Shown: positions 20,389-30,452, counted from the stretch's first letter. The stretch: 47,761 bases of DNA from Elusimicrobiota bacterium (GCA_013044195.1 JABEUV010000048.1:1-47761), one strand, 5' to 3'. Numbers and translations: made by a program. Notes: generated from the sequence alone by a model not told the origin.

Positions 20389-21046
20389 ACCCAAAGACGC
20401 GCGCGTCGTGATCGCCAAGCAGGCCGCGCGCCTGCTGAAGGACGGCGACTACGTCAATCTGGGCATCGGCATTCCCACGCTCATTCCAAATTATTTGCCC
20501 CACGACGTCCACATCACCTTGCACACCGAAAACGGCATGCTGGGCTACGGTCCCTACCCGCACGAAGGCGAGCAGGACCCCGACCTGATCAACGCCGGCA
20601 AGGAGACGGTCACGGAGCTTCCCGGCTGCTCCTACTTCGGCTCCGAGCAGTCCTTCGCCCTGGTCCGCGGCGGCCACCTGGCCGCCACCGTGCTGGGCGC
20701 TATGGAAGTCTCCGCGGGCGGCGACCTGGCCAATTGGATGATCCCCGGCAAGAAGGTCAAGGGCATGGGCGGCGCCATGGACATGGTGGCCGGCGCCAAG
20801 AAGGTGATCGTCGCCATGGAGCACGCCACCAAGGACGGCAAGCCCAAGATCCTGGCCCAGTGCACCTTGCCCCTGACCGGGAAAGGCGTGGTCCACGCGA
20901 TTGTCACCGAGATGGCCACGTTCGAGATCGGCAAGGACGGGCTGGTTCTTACCGCGCTGAACCCGGACTACACGGAAGGCGCGGTCCGCAAGGCGACCGG
21001 CGCTCCGTTTAAGGTCGCCGACCAGCCGCAGAGCTACGCGCGCTGA
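20381..21046 (+). CDS. scoB: 3-oxoacid CoA-transferase subunit B
   Basis: VNLGIGIPT, TENG (catalytic Glu), NAGKE, GMGGAMD. Confidence 0.93.
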   Translation: MSEPKDARVVIAKQAARLLKDGDYVNLGIGIPTLIPNYLPHDVHITLHTENGMLGYGPYPHEGEQDPDLINAGKETVTELPGCSYFGSEQSFALVRGGHLAATVLGAMEVSAGGDLANWMIPGKKVKGMGGAMDMVAGAKKVIVAMEHATKDGKPKILAQCTLPLTGKGVVHAIVTEMATFEIGKDGLVLTALNPDYTEGAVRKATGAPFKVADQPQSYAR

Positions 21047-21061
21047 CGGCGCACGCCGCCG

Positions 21062-21994
21062 ATGAGCCCGGAGCCCTCCAACGAACCGCCGCGCCGCCAC
21101 TGGGTCTTCCTGCCGCCGTCCCTGCGCCCGGTGGCACTCGCGCTGTCCATCGGCGTCGTCGCGCTGTGGCTGTGGCAGTTGAACGTGGTGCGCCCCGACA
21201 TTCCCGGCGCGCCCCGGCCGCCGGCGCCCCGCCTGGAAACGACGGAACAAGCCCCGCTCTCGCAAATCGACGTCACCGGCCCCGCGGCGGGTCGCGCGGC
21301 CAGCGCCTCGGCCAAGGACGCGGAATCCGCGCTGGGCCTCATCCCCACGAACGCGGCCATTCCCGGACCCGCACGGGCCCAGGGCCACTCCGTGAACTCG
21401 GACGCGCCCCCTGGTCCAGACACGACCGCGACCATGACCGAGCAGGCGCGCTCCGCGCGCAATGAAGAACTGATCGCCGGACTGGAGCTCCAGAAAAAGA
21501 AAATGGGCATCGCCTCGGTCGCGCTGGATTACGGCCCCAGCGCCCAAGCCGCCGCTCTGCGCAAGGCGGGCCTCCTGCCGCCCGAAAAGTCGGCCGCGCC
21601 CGTGATCGCCGCGGCCGCGCCGCGCCTGATGGCGACGCCCGGCGCCGCCTCCGCGATCCCGGGCGAACCCGCTCCCGGCGCGGCCCAGACCGGCCCGGGA
21701 CGCCCCGCGCCCGACGCCGGACTGGTCTTCAGCGACGCGGGCAGCCTGGCTTCGTCCTGGGTCCTGCTCGGCATGCCCGGCGACGCGCCCGCCGTCGATT
21801 TCTCGCGCGGCCGCGCCCTGCTGATCAAGCCGTCGGTCTCGCGCATCGTCTCAGTGACGACGACGGACGCCGCGGTCGTCGTCGTCTACCGCTCGCTGGC
21901 CGCGGACGAGGAGCCCGATCCGGTGCATGACCGCTTCGTTTTGCTCCCGGCGCAGCCGGAGACGGTGAGCTTGTTCGACGCCACGCCGCGCTGA
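21062..21994 (+). CDS. Membrane-anchored Pro/Ala-rich hypothetical protein
   Basis: Single N-terminal TM, low-complexity linker, C-terminal PAVDFS-containing domain (PrcB-C-like, uncertain). Confidence 0.6.
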   Translation: MSPEPSNEPPRRHWVFLPPSLRPVALALSIGVVALWLWQLNVVRPDIPGAPRPPAPRLETTEQAPLSQIDVTGPAAGRAASASAKDAESALGLIPTNAAIPGPARAQGHSVNSDAPPGPDTTATMTEQARSARNEELIAGLELQKKKMGIASVALDYGPSAQAAALRKAGLLPPEKSAAPVIAAAAPRLMATPGAASAIPGEPAPGAAQTGPGRPAPDAGLVFSDAGSLASSWVLLGMPGDAPAVDFSRGRALLIKPSVSRIVSVTTTDAAVVVVYRSLAADEEPDPVHDRFVLLPAQPETVSLFDATPR

Positions 21995-22080
21995 AGTCCC
22001 CGCTCCTAGGACTTTAGGCCCAGCCGCTCCCAGGCCTCGCGACCCTGAAAGCGGCGCGCCGCCGCGGCTATGCTCTTTCC

Positions 22081-22215
22081 AACATCCCGCTTCCTCCTAC
22101 CCGACGCGAGAGCGCCGGGATCCCGGAAGCGGATGCCGCGGCAGGACGTAACGCCCCCTTTCCGCGGCGGCCGTCGGGGAGTCCGCCCCTCAAAGGCGGG
22201 CTCCCCCGTCTTTTT
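22081..22215 (+). ncRNA. Candidate ~135-nt structured small RNA
   Basis: TATGCT -10 at 22069-74; three hairpins, the last a terminator with a T5 run. Confidence 0.45.
22176..22215 (+). terminator. Intrinsic terminator
   Basis: GGGGAGTCCGCC-CCTCAAA-GGCGGGCTCCCC then CGTCTTTTT. Confidence 0.75.
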
Positions 22216-22231
22216 GCTAAACTCGGCCTCC

Positions 22232-23008
22232 ATGGAAATACGCATCGGCGTCGTGCAGAATTCCCCCAAATTCCTCAAGGCCCCGGCCAATATCCGCGCC
22301 TGCTTCGAGCTGATGGACAAGCACGAGGCCGACCTGTGGGTGCTGCCGGAGTTCTTCGCCTCCGGCTACAACTTTAAGACCAAAAAGGAAGCCGCGGCCT
22401 GCGCCGAGAAGGCCGACGGTCCGCTGTCGAAACTGCTCCAGGCCTACGCGGCCCAGCGCGACTGCGCGATCGTGGCCGGTTTTCCGGAGAAAGCCGGCGC
22501 CAAGCTCTACAACTCCGCCCTGCTGGCCACCCCGGCCAAGACGCGCGTCTACCGCAAGACGCATGTGTTCGGCGGCGAGAAGCGCTTCTTCTCCCCCGGC
22601 GACACCGGCTTTTGGACCGAGAAGATCAAGGGCGTCTCCGTCGGCGTGATGATCTGCTTCGACTGGTTCTTCCCGGAGAGCGCGCGCACTTTGGCGCTCA
22701 AGGGCGCGCAGGTCATCGCGCACCCGGCCAACCTGGTCCTGCCCTGGGGTCCCGAGGGCATGAAGATACGCTCTCTTGAAAACCGCGTGTTCACCGCCAC
22801 CGCCGACCGCGTGGGCTCCGAGCGCGGCCTGGGCTTCATCGGCCAATCGCAGATCGTCTCGCCCAACGGCTCCCTGCTCACCCGCCTGGGCCACGACGAG
22901 GTCCGCGCCGCGGTCGTCTCCGTGGACGCCTGGACGGCCCGCGACAAGAAGGTGCACCCGGCCTGCGACCTGTTCGAGGACCGACGCCCCAAGCTCTATG
23001 CCCGTTGA
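22232..23008 (+). CDS. Carbon-nitrogen hydrolase (nitrilase superfamily)
   Basis: LPE, YRKTH and ICFD give the Glu-Lys-Cys triad. Confidence 0.93.
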   Translation: MEIRIGVVQNSPKFLKAPANIRACFELMDKHEADLWVLPEFFASGYNFKTKKEAAACAEKADGPLSKLLQAYAAQRDCAIVAGFPEKAGAKLYNSALLATPAKTRVYRKTHVFGGEKRFFSPGDTGFWTEKIKGVSVGVMICFDWFFPESARTLALKGAQVIAHPANLVLPWGPEGMKIRSLENRVFTATADRVGSERGLGFIGQSQIVSPNGSLLTRLGHDEVRAAVVSVDAWTARDKKVHPACDLFEDRRPKLYAR

Positions 23009-23489
23009 GCGCCGCAAGTCCGCGGCCGTCGCGCCCAAAGCCGTGCGTGAGTCGCTCACCGAGGTCGCCGACCTGATGTTCCCGCCGGACGCGAACATGC
23101 ACGGCACCGTCTTCGGCGGCAAGGTCCTGCAGATGGTCGACAAGGCCGCCTCGGTGTGCGCCATGCGCCACTCCGGCAAGCCCTGCGTGACCGTGGCCAT
23201 GGAACGCGTGGAGTTCCTGATCCCCATCCGCGTGGGCACCTTCCTGATCGCCCAGGCCCGCGTGCACCACGTGGGCCGCACCTCCATGGAAGTCGGCGTG
23301 GAGGTCTACGCCGAGGACATGCCCGGCGGCACGCGCCAGCACACCAACTCCTGCCTGGTCACCATGGTGGCCGTCGACACCCACGGCCGCCCCGCCTCGG
23401 TTCCCGGCCTCCTGATGGAGACGCCCGAGGAAAAAGAGCGCTGGGCCGCCGCCGAACGCCGCCGCGCCGCCCGCCGCTCCGGCGCCTGA
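22998..23489 (+). CDS. Hotdog-fold acyl-CoA thioesterase
   Basis: DANMHGTVFGG...D, VGRTSMEV, VAVD..GRP. Confidence 0.92.
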   Translation: MPVERRKSAAVAPKAVRESLTEVADLMFPPDANMHGTVFGGKVLQMVDKAASVCAMRHSGKPCVTVAMERVEFLIPIRVGTFLIAQARVHHVGRTSMEVGVEVYAEDMPGGTRQHTNSCLVTMVAVDTHGRPASVPGLLMETPEEKERWAAAERRRAARRSGA

Positions 23490-23543
23490 CGGCCGCTTCG
23501 AGGGGGTGCTAAAATAGACCCCCGAAACGCGAATAAATGACAC

Positions 23544-23570
23544 TTGACGGACAATTCATCGTGATATAAT
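23544..23570 (+). promoter_or_regulatory. Sigma70-like promoter of the cold-shock gene
   Basis: TTGACG at 23544-49 and extended -10 TGaTATAAT at 23562-70. Confidence 0.65.
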
Positions 23571-23641
23571 TCGATTGCCCCGACGACGGGGGGCCCCGCC
23601 GAAGGGCTCGCGCAAGTCGCAAATCGAGGTTATACCGACAG

Positions 23642-23848
23642 ATGAGCATTCAAGGCAAGGTGAAGTGGTTCAACGATCAGAAGGGATACGGTTTCATCAC
23701 CCCGGACGACGGCAGCGCGGAGGTCTTCGTGCATCACAGCGCGATCCAGGCCAACGGCTTCCGCTCCCTCTCGGAGAGCCAGTCGGTCCAGTTTGATCTT
23801 CTGCAGACGGACAAGGGCCCCAAGGCCGCGAACGTCGTCGCGCTCTAA
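23642..23848 (+). CDS. Cold-shock protein (CspA family)
   Basis: GKVKWFN..KGYGFI, VFVH.SAI, KGP.A.NV. Confidence 0.97.
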   Translation: MSIQGKVKWFNDQKGYGFITPDDGSAEVFVHHSAIQANGFRSLSESQSVQFDLLQTDKGPKAANVVAL

Positions 23849-23866
23849 GCCCCGGACGCCCGAAAA

Positions 23867-23905
23867 GAGCCCCCGCCCGGACACCCGGGCGGGGGCTCGA
23901 CTTTT
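23867..23905 (+). terminator. Intrinsic terminator after the csp gene
   Basis: 14-bp stem GAGCCCCCGCCCGG-ACAC-CCGGGCGGGGGCTC, with an A run before and a T run after. Confidence 0.8.
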
Positions 23906-23919
23906 CTATACTCGGACTC

Positions 23920-24624
23920 ATGATTTCCCCGCGGACTTTTTTCGCGCTGACCTTCGCCCTGGCCGCGGCCCCCGCCTTCGCCGCGCCCGCCTCCCGCGCG
24001 GCCCGCTTCCAGGCGCAGATCGGCAAGGTCTTCACCCAGGAGACCGTCGCGAACATGGCCCGCAACAAGGACGAAGGCTACCGCTTCGAGTCCTTCGACG
24101 CGCGCACGGGCTACGCGCGCGTGGTGGGACCTTTCGACGGCCGCAACGACTTCTTCCTGCTCTCGGGCCCGAAGGGGGACGTCCTGATCATGGTCGAGTA
24201 TTCCTGCGGACCGGCCTGCACGCAGAAGGCCTCCGCGTTCCTCTTCGCCGCGGACGCGCCGGCCGTCCATCTGGCCTTCAAAGACGTGCTCTCCCTGCCC
24301 GCCTTCGATGAGCTCCGCCGTCGGCTGACGACCTTATGCCTGGACGCGGGCGGCGATTTCGACACGGAGCGCGACGCGCGCGACGCCGCCGCGCGCGATC
24401 TGCCGGCCTGCCCCTACGTCCTGTCGCTGTCCAAGCGCGGCGACGGCGCGACGCTCTACAAGGCCTCGAACGTGGACGGCAGCGGCTACGCGCTCAGCGT
24501 GGCCAAGTCGCGCGTCACGCCGAAAGCCGCCCTGCGCTGGAACGGCCGCGCCTTCGCGGGCGTCGGCGCCGTCGACGACTCGCCCATACTGCTCCAAAGC
24601 GACCAGATGCGGGCGCTCTTCTAA
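23920..24624 (+). CDS. Secreted hypothetical protein
   Basis: Signal peptide ending APAFA; four Cys (CGPAC, C..C); host-like codon usage. Confidence 0.7.
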   Translation: MISPRTFFALTFALAAAPAFAAPASRAARFQAQIGKVFTQETVANMARNKDEGYRFESFDARTGYARVVGPFDGRNDFFLLSGPKGDVLIMVEYSCGPACTQKASAFLFAADAPAVHLAFKDVLSLPAFDELRRRLTTLCLDAGGDFDTERDARDAAARDLPACPYVLSLSKRGDGATLYKASNVDGSGYALSVAKSRVTPKAALRWNGRAFAGVGAVDDSPILLQSDQMRALF

Positions 24625-24634
24625 AGACGAAATT

Positions 24635-25747
24635 TCAGCCTAGGTCGGCCGGGAGCTTCGGCGGCTCGGGCTTCTCTTCGCCGCGGCGCACGCGCTCGAT
24701 CTTCTGGACCGAGGCATCCAGGCGCCGGAAGGACACGTCGCTGATCTCGTCGTAGGCTTCCTGAAGCTTCTCCAGCTTCCTGCCCAGGTCCTCGAAGCGG
24801 CCCTTGAACGTCTCGTAGGTGGCGCCGAACTGAGAGATCAGCTTCAGGACTTCCTGCGCGGCCTGCGAGAAATGGAACTGCTCGAAGGCCTGGCGCACCA
24901 CGCCCAGCACCGCGTACAGCGTAAACGGGGAGCACAGCACCACCTTCTGCGTCAGCGCCTCGTCGACCAGGCCCGGAAACTGCTCTTGGATGAAGCCGTA
25001 GACCTGCTCGTTGGGAATGAAGAGCAGGACGTAGTCGAGCGTGCCCTCCTCCGGGCTGACGTAATCGCGCTTCTGGACTTCCTTGATGCGGCCCTTCACG
25101 TCGCGCTCGAAGTCCTTGCGCAGGCGTATGCGCTCCTCGTCGGTCGCGGCGTGCGAAAAGCGCAGCCAGTTGTCGAGCGGGAACTTCACGTCCATGTTGA
25201 GCTTCTTGCCCTCGGGCAGGAGAAAGGTGAAGTCGGGGCGCGAGGCGGAGGTTTCCAGCGTGCGGTTTTTGAGGTACTGGACGCCCTCCTGCAAGCCGCT
25301 GGCGCGCAGTATGTCGTCGGCCATGCGCTCGCCCCACTGACCGCGTGCGCGCGAGTTGTCGAGCAAGGCGCGCAGGCCCTCGGTGGACTGCGCCAGGCGC
25401 GAGGTCTGCGCGGCGGCGTCCTGAAGCCCTTTCTCCAGCGAGCCATACTTCGTCGCGCGGTCGCTCTCAAACCGGCGCATGGTCTCCTCGTAAGATTTCA
25501 GCTGTTCGGCCAGGCGGCCCACCACGTTTTCGACCGCCGCGCGGCGGGTGTCCAGCTCTCCGGCCTGGCGCACGCGCTCCGTGGAGAACTTCTGCTCGGC
25601 CAATTCCAATAGGTGCCGGAAGTCCTCGCCCAATTGTGCGCGCTGGGCGGCCTCGTTCTTGCGCGCGGAGAAGAACACCGCGTAGAAAATGAAAAAAGAG
25701 ACGAACGCGCCGAAGGCCACCGCCGCCAGCACCGCCAGCGCGCTCAC
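24635..25747 (-). CDS. rmuC: DNA recombination protein RmuC
   Basis: N-terminal TM, coiled coil, RGQWGE, RPD...LP, DVKFP, LFIPNE; the GTG start overlaps the upstream stop. Confidence 0.92.
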   Translation of the reverse strand: MSALAVLAAVAFGAFVSFFIFYAVFFSARKNEAAQRAQLGEDFRHLLELAEQKFSTERVRQAGELDTRRAAVENVVGRLAEQLKSYEETMRRFESDRATKYGSLEKGLQDAAAQTSRLAQSTEGLRALLDNSRARGQWGERMADDILRASGLQEGVQYLKNRTLETSASRPDFTFLLPEGKKLNMDVKFPLDNWLRFSHAATDEERIRLRKDFERDVKGRIKEVQKRDYVSPEEGTLDYVLLFIPNEQVYGFIQEQFPGLVDEALTQKVVLCSPFTLYAVLGVVRQAFEQFHFSQAAQEVLKLISQFGATYETFKGRFEDLGRKLEKLQEAYDEISDVSFRRLDASVQKIERVRRGEEKPEPPKLPADLG

Positions 25748-26286
25748 TTGCGCCGCCTCGTCAGGATGCGCGCCGACTCCAGGTCCAAGAGCTCCATCTT
25801 GCACGTGCGCCCGGTCTCCAGATACAGCTGGAGCTTGGCCAGGCCATCCTCCCACGCGCAGGCGTAGCCGCGGCGCAGTTCGTCGGCGGACGCCGCGGCC
25901 GAGAAGCCGGCATGGAGCAAGGTCAGTTCGCAGGCGGCGCCGTGCTTTTCGATGAACACGCTGACGAGCGGAGGTGCTCGTCGGTCGCCGCGCGCCGGGC
26001 GGAACATCCAGGCGACCTTGCTTCCCGGCTCCAGGTCCACGAACACGCCCTCCCGCTCGCCGAAGCCGTCGCAACGCGTACCGTCCGGGCGCTTGACGCG
26101 CGGCCAGACCATGCGCACGCGTCCGCCGTTGCGCGCGTCGGTCTCCGCGCCGAGCAGCCACCAGCGCGTGAGCTCGCGCGCGGACGTCAGGGCCCGGTAG
26201 ACGGCCTCCGGCTCGGCCTTGACGCGCGCCGTCAAGCGCACGTCGCGGGATTTGGAGCGGGAGCGTCGGGGGGCGGCCGCGGACAT
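25744..26286 (-). CDS. SRPBCC/AHSA1 domain protein
   Basis: PEAVYRALT...L.RWW, L.L.H.GF, W...L.KL..YLETG. Confidence 0.85.
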   Translation of the reverse strand: MSAAAPRRSRSKSRDVRLTARVKAEPEAVYRALTSARELTRWWLLGAETDARNGGRVRMVWPRVKRPDGTRCDGFGEREGVFVDLEPGSKVAWMFRPARGDRRAPPLVSVFIEKHGAACELTLLHAGFSAAASADELRRGYACAWEDGLAKLQLYLETGRTCKMELLDLESARILTRRRK

Positions 26287-26326
26287 GGGGGTCAGTTTAG
26301 CAGAGCCTTCGCGCCACGGCCAGGGG

Positions 26327-27049
26327 TCAGTCGGCCCGGTGGATCAAAATCCGCGGCCCGCCGGGACCGTCGGTCAGCGGGTGGAAGGTCATCACCAAGT
26401 CGATGAAGGCCTCCAGGTCGTGATCGAAGGAGCGCTTCGTGGCCGGATAGCTGAGCACGTAGAAGCCGCCGGGCATAGTGATCACCGCGTAGGCGTGCAT
26501 GCGCCGGTTGTAGGGCTTGCCGTCGGGTCCAAGATCGACGCCCCAGCGTATGTTGTTCGGCACGCGGACCGGCGAGTAGATGATGAACATCTTCAGCGGC
26601 AGGCCCGATTCCGCGTGCGTCTTGCTGGGAATATCAGAGGGCTTGGCGAGAATACGGTATTGGCCGCTGGAGTCCTTGTCCGGCCCCATCAGGAAGACGG
26701 CCTTGTCTTCGCCGTAGCGGTAGTCGTAGACCTGGCTCAGCGTTTGGCGGATGTAGTCGTCGGCGTCGGCATACAGCTCGGCGCCGCCGTCGCGCAGGAC
26801 ATGGGTGCGGTAGTTCCGGTACCACTTGACGCTGAAGCTGGGCAGACCGAAGAGAAAATCGCCGTCGAAGGGGCCGGTGAAGCGGGTCTCCGAAAAATCG
26901 TTGCCTTGGGCGTCGGTGTAGACGTTCCAGCCCCACGGTACGGTCGCGACATAGTCGTTGAACGGCGACCGATAATGGACGGACTTGGGACGGCTGCAGG
27001 CCGCGAACGCGGCCAAAAGCACGCAAACGGCGGCGGATTTCATGCGCAT
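26327..27049 (-). CDS. Hypothetical lipoprotein
   Basis: MRMKSAAVCVLLAAFAAC lipobox. The track's upstream extension to 28384 is a shadow frame. Confidence 0.7.
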   Translation of the reverse strand: MRMKSAAVCVLLAAFAACSRPKSVHYRSPFNDYVATVPWGWNVYTDAQGNDFSETRFTGPFDGDFLFGLPSFSVKWYRNYRTHVLRDGGAELYADADDYIRQTLSQVYDYRYGEDKAVFLMGPDKDSSGQYRILAKPSDIPSKTHAESGLPLKMFIIYSPVRVPNNIRWGVDLGPDGKPYNRRMHAYAVITMPGGFYVLSYPATKRSFDHDLEAFIDLVMTFHPLTDGPGGPRILIHRAD

Positions 27050-27108
27050 CGTCGAAAGGCGAGTATAACAGTCGAAAGGCGTTTTGTCCACAGAACGCGC
27101 CGACCCAT

Positions 27109-28503
27109 TCAACGTCCGCCGCCGGAGCGCTTCAAGTAGACCTGCGCGAAATCGTCCGCATAGGCCTCCCGCCAACCCGGGTCCGCGTCCAGAGCGCGCG
27201 CCGGCTCTCCCTCGCGGCGGCGGGGCACCACCGCGTAGTCGAAGCGGTAGACGGCGTCGAGCGCGGGGAATGTCCGCGGCCAGGCCTCGGCCTCGGCCAG
27301 GAACGCGTCCGGGTACAGACCCGGACGCTCGTCGACGAAGACAGGCCGGCCCGTCAGGCCGATCAATTCCGCCCCCAGCGCGGGATCGTTGAACATCTGA
27401 CCGCGCACGCCCTGCGCGTCCAGAAAACGCGCCGCGCCTTCTAGCGCCGGCGCGCCGTAGCCGCGCGCGTCCGCCAGCGGCCGCACGACGACGGCGTAAT
27501 GTATCCCCAGGATCAGCAGGGCCGCCGGAACGCCCCAGCGCAGCACGCGCTTGGGCGTATCCGCGCGCGGCTTCACGGCGTGCCCCAGGGCCAGCGCCAG
27601 CACCGGGCAGGCCGCCATGGCCGCCAGCGGCCGAAGTCCCGGCCGAGCCAGCGACAAAGCCATCACCGTGGCCGACGCCAGAGTGGTCACGAACTCCTGC
27701 TGGAGCGTCAGCGCGCACGCGCCCAACCCCAGCAGGATCAGCGCGCCGGCCGGAGAGACCAGAGCGGTCTGCCAGCGCGTCGCGCCGGAGGCGGCGTCGG
27801 CGAACAGGTGCTCGAACACGCCGTAGCCCAGCGGGTTCCAGGAGAACGCGATCACGCACGCCGCGAACATGGCCCAGTAGCCCAAGGCCTCGCGCGTGGC
27901 GCTGCGCAGGGAAGCCTTGAACGCCTTCAAGAACGCCAGCGCCAGCGCCAGCGACGCCGTCGCGCCGTGCATGTTCGCCCACAACGCGGTCAGGCCCGCC
28001 GCGGCCGCGCCGTCGGCCAACCGGAAGCGATGCCGCGGCCGAAGCAGGCGCAGGAACACGGCGAAAAACAGGAAGTCGAAGGCGGCGGGCGCCTCTAAAA
28101 ATCCGGTCCAGGCGGAGCCCGCGGCGACGGCCAGAAGGCCCGCGGCCGCCAGCGGGTTGCCGTGGCTGATGGGCAGGAGCAGGGCGAAGCCCGCCGCCGC
28201 CGCGGCCGCCGCCAGCGCGCGCACCAGCCCCGGTCCGCCCAGGGCGTCGGCCTTGGCGAACAGGACGTCGGTGAGCCAAGAGTCCGGCGTCCACGGCGCG
28301 CGCGCGGCGCCGTAGGAAAATGGATCCGTATGCGGCAGGGCTCCGGTCGCAAGGATGGTGCGGCCGCAGGCCACGCGAATCCACGCGTCGGGACCATGCG
28401 GCCCGGCCCAGGCCATGGAGAAGACGCCCGCAAAGAGCAAAGCGGCCAGCGGCCAGTGCGGGTGGTGGGGCTTTTCGTGCGCGTGCGCCGGGGCGGACTT
28501 CAT
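27109..28503 (-). CDS. Polytopic membrane protein, GT-C-like
   Basis: D.W.....GR.I, DPFSY, WANMHG, GA.LI....PVFVDER; many TMs. Confidence 0.7.
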   Translation of the reverse strand: MKSAPAHAHEKPHHPHWPLAALLFAGVFSMAWAGPHGPDAWIRVACGRTILATGALPHTDPFSYGAARAPWTPDSWLTDVLFAKADALGGPGLVRALAAAAAAAGFALLLPISHGNPLAAAGLLAVAAGSAWTGFLEAPAAFDFLFFAVFLRLLRPRHRFRLADGAAAAGLTALWANMHGATASLALALAFLKAFKASLRSATREALGYWAMFAACVIAFSWNPLGYGVFEHLFADAASGATRWQTALVSPAGALILLGLGACALTLQQEFVTTLASATVMALSLARPGLRPLAAMAACPVLALALGHAVKPRADTPKRVLRWGVPAALLILGIHYAVVVRPLADARGYGAPALEGAARFLDAQGVRGQMFNDPALGAELIGLTGRPVFVDERPGLYPDAFLAEAEAWPRTFPALDAVYRFDYAVVPRRREGEPARALDADPGWREAYADDFAQVYLKRSGGGR

Positions 28504-28569
28504 CGTGCGCTCATTGTACCAGAATGACGCGGCCGCATTTGGCTACAATGGGGGCGCACGGAGGCTCCC

Positions 28570-29718
28570 ATGGATTTTAATCTCAGCGACGACCAGAAAA
28601 CGATCCGCGACACGGTGCGCAAGTTCGCGCAGGCCCGCATCAAGCCCAAGGCGCACGAACTCGACGAGAAGGAGGAGTGGTCGCTGGAGCTGACGCGGGA
28701 GATGGGAGAGCTGGGCATCTTCGGACTGATCGTGCCCGAGGAGTTCGGCGGGCAGGGCCTGGACTACTCGTCCTACGTGATCGCCATCGAGGAGTTGGCG
28801 CGGGTGGACGGCTCCCACGCGGCCACCATCGCCGCCGGCGTCAGCCTGGGCATCGCGCCCCTCCTTTATTTCGGCACCGAGGAGCAGAAGAAAAAATATC
28901 TGCCGCGCCTGGCCGCCGGCCAGGGCCTGTTCGCCTTCGGCCTGACCGAGCCGGGCGCCGGCTCCGACTCCCGCGGCTCCACGACGAAGGCCGTGGAGAA
29001 TCCCGACGGCACCTGGACCATCAACGGCGCCAAGATCTTCATCACCAACGGCTCCACCGAGATCACCGACGGCATCATCGTGCAGACGGTCAGCGGCGGC
29101 ACGCCGGACGCGCCGGAGTTCACCTGCTTCATCGTGGAGAAGGGAACCAAGGGCTTCACCACGAAGACGATGCACAAGAAGCTGATGTGGCGCGCGTCGA
29201 ACACGGCCGAGCTCTATTTCTCCGACGTGAAGGTCCCCGCCTCCGCGATGCTGGGCAAGCGCGGCGCGGGCTCCAAGCAGATGCTGAAGACCCTGGACTC
29301 CGGCCGCCTGTCGATCGCGGCCATGGGGCTGGGCTGCGCGCAGGGCGCCTACGAGGCCGCTCTGGCCTACGCCCAGCAGCGCAAGCAGTTCGGCAAGCCG
29401 CTGTCGCGCTTCCAGGCGATCGCCTTCAAGCTGGCGGACATGGCCATGAAGATCGAGCACGCGCGCACGTTCCTGTACCGCGCCTGCTGGCTGCGCGACA
29501 CGCACCAGCCCTTCGGCACGGAGTCCGCGATGGCCAAGCTCTATTGCTCCGAGGTGGCGCAGGAGGTGGCCAACGAGGCGGTGCAGATCCACGGCGGCTA
29601 CGGCCTGATGAAGGAATTCGACGTGGAGCGCTTCTACCGCGACCAACGTCTTCTGCAGATCGGCGAAGGCACGTCGGAAATCCAGCGCCTGGTGATCAGC
29701 CGCGCGATCGGCTGCTGA
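28570..29718 (+). CDS. Acyl-CoA dehydrogenase
   Basis: FGLTEPGAGSD, KIFITN, RKQFGKP, QIHGGYG, IGEGTSEIQ. Confidence 0.96.
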   Translation: MDFNLSDDQKTIRDTVRKFAQARIKPKAHELDEKEEWSLELTREMGELGIFGLIVPEEFGGQGLDYSSYVIAIEELARVDGSHAATIAAGVSLGIAPLLYFGTEEQKKKYLPRLAAGQGLFAFGLTEPGAGSDSRGSTTKAVENPDGTWTINGAKIFITNGSTEITDGIIVQTVSGGTPDAPEFTCFIVEKGTKGFTTKTMHKKLMWRASNTAELYFSDVKVPASAMLGKRGAGSKQMLKTLDSGRLSIAAMGLGCAQGAYEAALAYAQQRKQFGKPLSRFQAIAFKLADMAMKIEHARTFLYRACWLRDTHQPFGTESAMAKLYCSEVAQEVANEAVQIHGGYGLMKEFDVERFYRDQRLLQIGEGTSEIQRLVISRAIGC

Positions 29719-29719
29719 C

Positions 29720-30421
29720 TTAGGCGGCCGGCGGCCGCGACAGCAGGCGCAGGGATTCCAGAATAGCGGCGTTGCCGCCGTCGCCGGGAAAAGACGCGGC
29801 GGCACGCGCCCATTCGTCGCCCGCGGCGGGAAGGCCCGCGAAGTAATACGCCGCGCCCATGGCGATTTCAAGGGTGGTGGAGTTCTCCGCGCCCGCCGCT
29901 TCCTCCAGCGCCAGGCGCGCGCGTCCGTCCAGGACGCGGATGGCGCAACGCGTGGCGGGCGTCAGCAGAAAATCCAGCGTCAGCCCGGCGTCGTCCTCCC
30001 GCGCGCCGGCGATGGTCTCCGCGAACAGCGCGACCATGAGCAGGCGCAGGGCGTGGCCGTCCAAATCCTGGGGCGCGCGGCGCATGGTCTCCCGGTAGGC
30101 CAGGCACGCCGGCACCAACTGCTTGAGCGACAGCAGGGCCGCCGCCCGTGCTGCGTGCGCCTCCAGGCATTGCGCGTCCAGCGCCAGCGCCGCGTCCGCG
30201 TCCTTCAGCGCGCCCGCAAAATCCGTCCTCATGCGCCGCGACAAGCTCAGGTAGGCCGCGGGCACGGCCGGCCGCGCGTGCCCCCGCGCCGCGCGCGATA
30301 AATCCGCCTCCGCCCGGGCGTTCTCGCGCCGCCACAGCGCCGCGCGCCCGCTGACCAGCAGGCGCTGGGCCTCTTGATTGTCCGGCCCCGGCCCGGAAAA
30401 AAGCCGATCGAATAAGCCCAT
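29720..30421 (-). CDS. TPR-like helical hypothetical protein
   Basis: Ala/Leu helical repeats (A..D...AL.LD); lies just downstream of the tRNA. Confidence 0.6.
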   Translation of the reverse strand: MGLFDRLFSGPGPDNQEAQRLLVSGRAALWRRENARAEADLSRAARGHARPAVPAAYLSLSRRMRTDFAGALKDADAALALDAQCLEAHAARAAALLSLKQLVPACLAYRETMRRAPQDLDGHALRLLMVALFAETIAGAREDDAGLTLDFLLTPATRCAIRVLDGRARLALEEAAGAENSTTLEIAMGAAYYFAGLPAAGDEWARAAASFPGDGGNAAILESLRLLSRPPAA

Positions 30422-30452
30422 GTGCTCGTCGTCTCCGCGCCGCAAAAAGATG

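Noticed and set aside
27050-28384. Upstream extension of the 685-aa ORF 26327..28384
   Set aside because: It overlaps the 27109..28503 membrane gene out of frame; the lipobox places the real start at 27049 or 27043.
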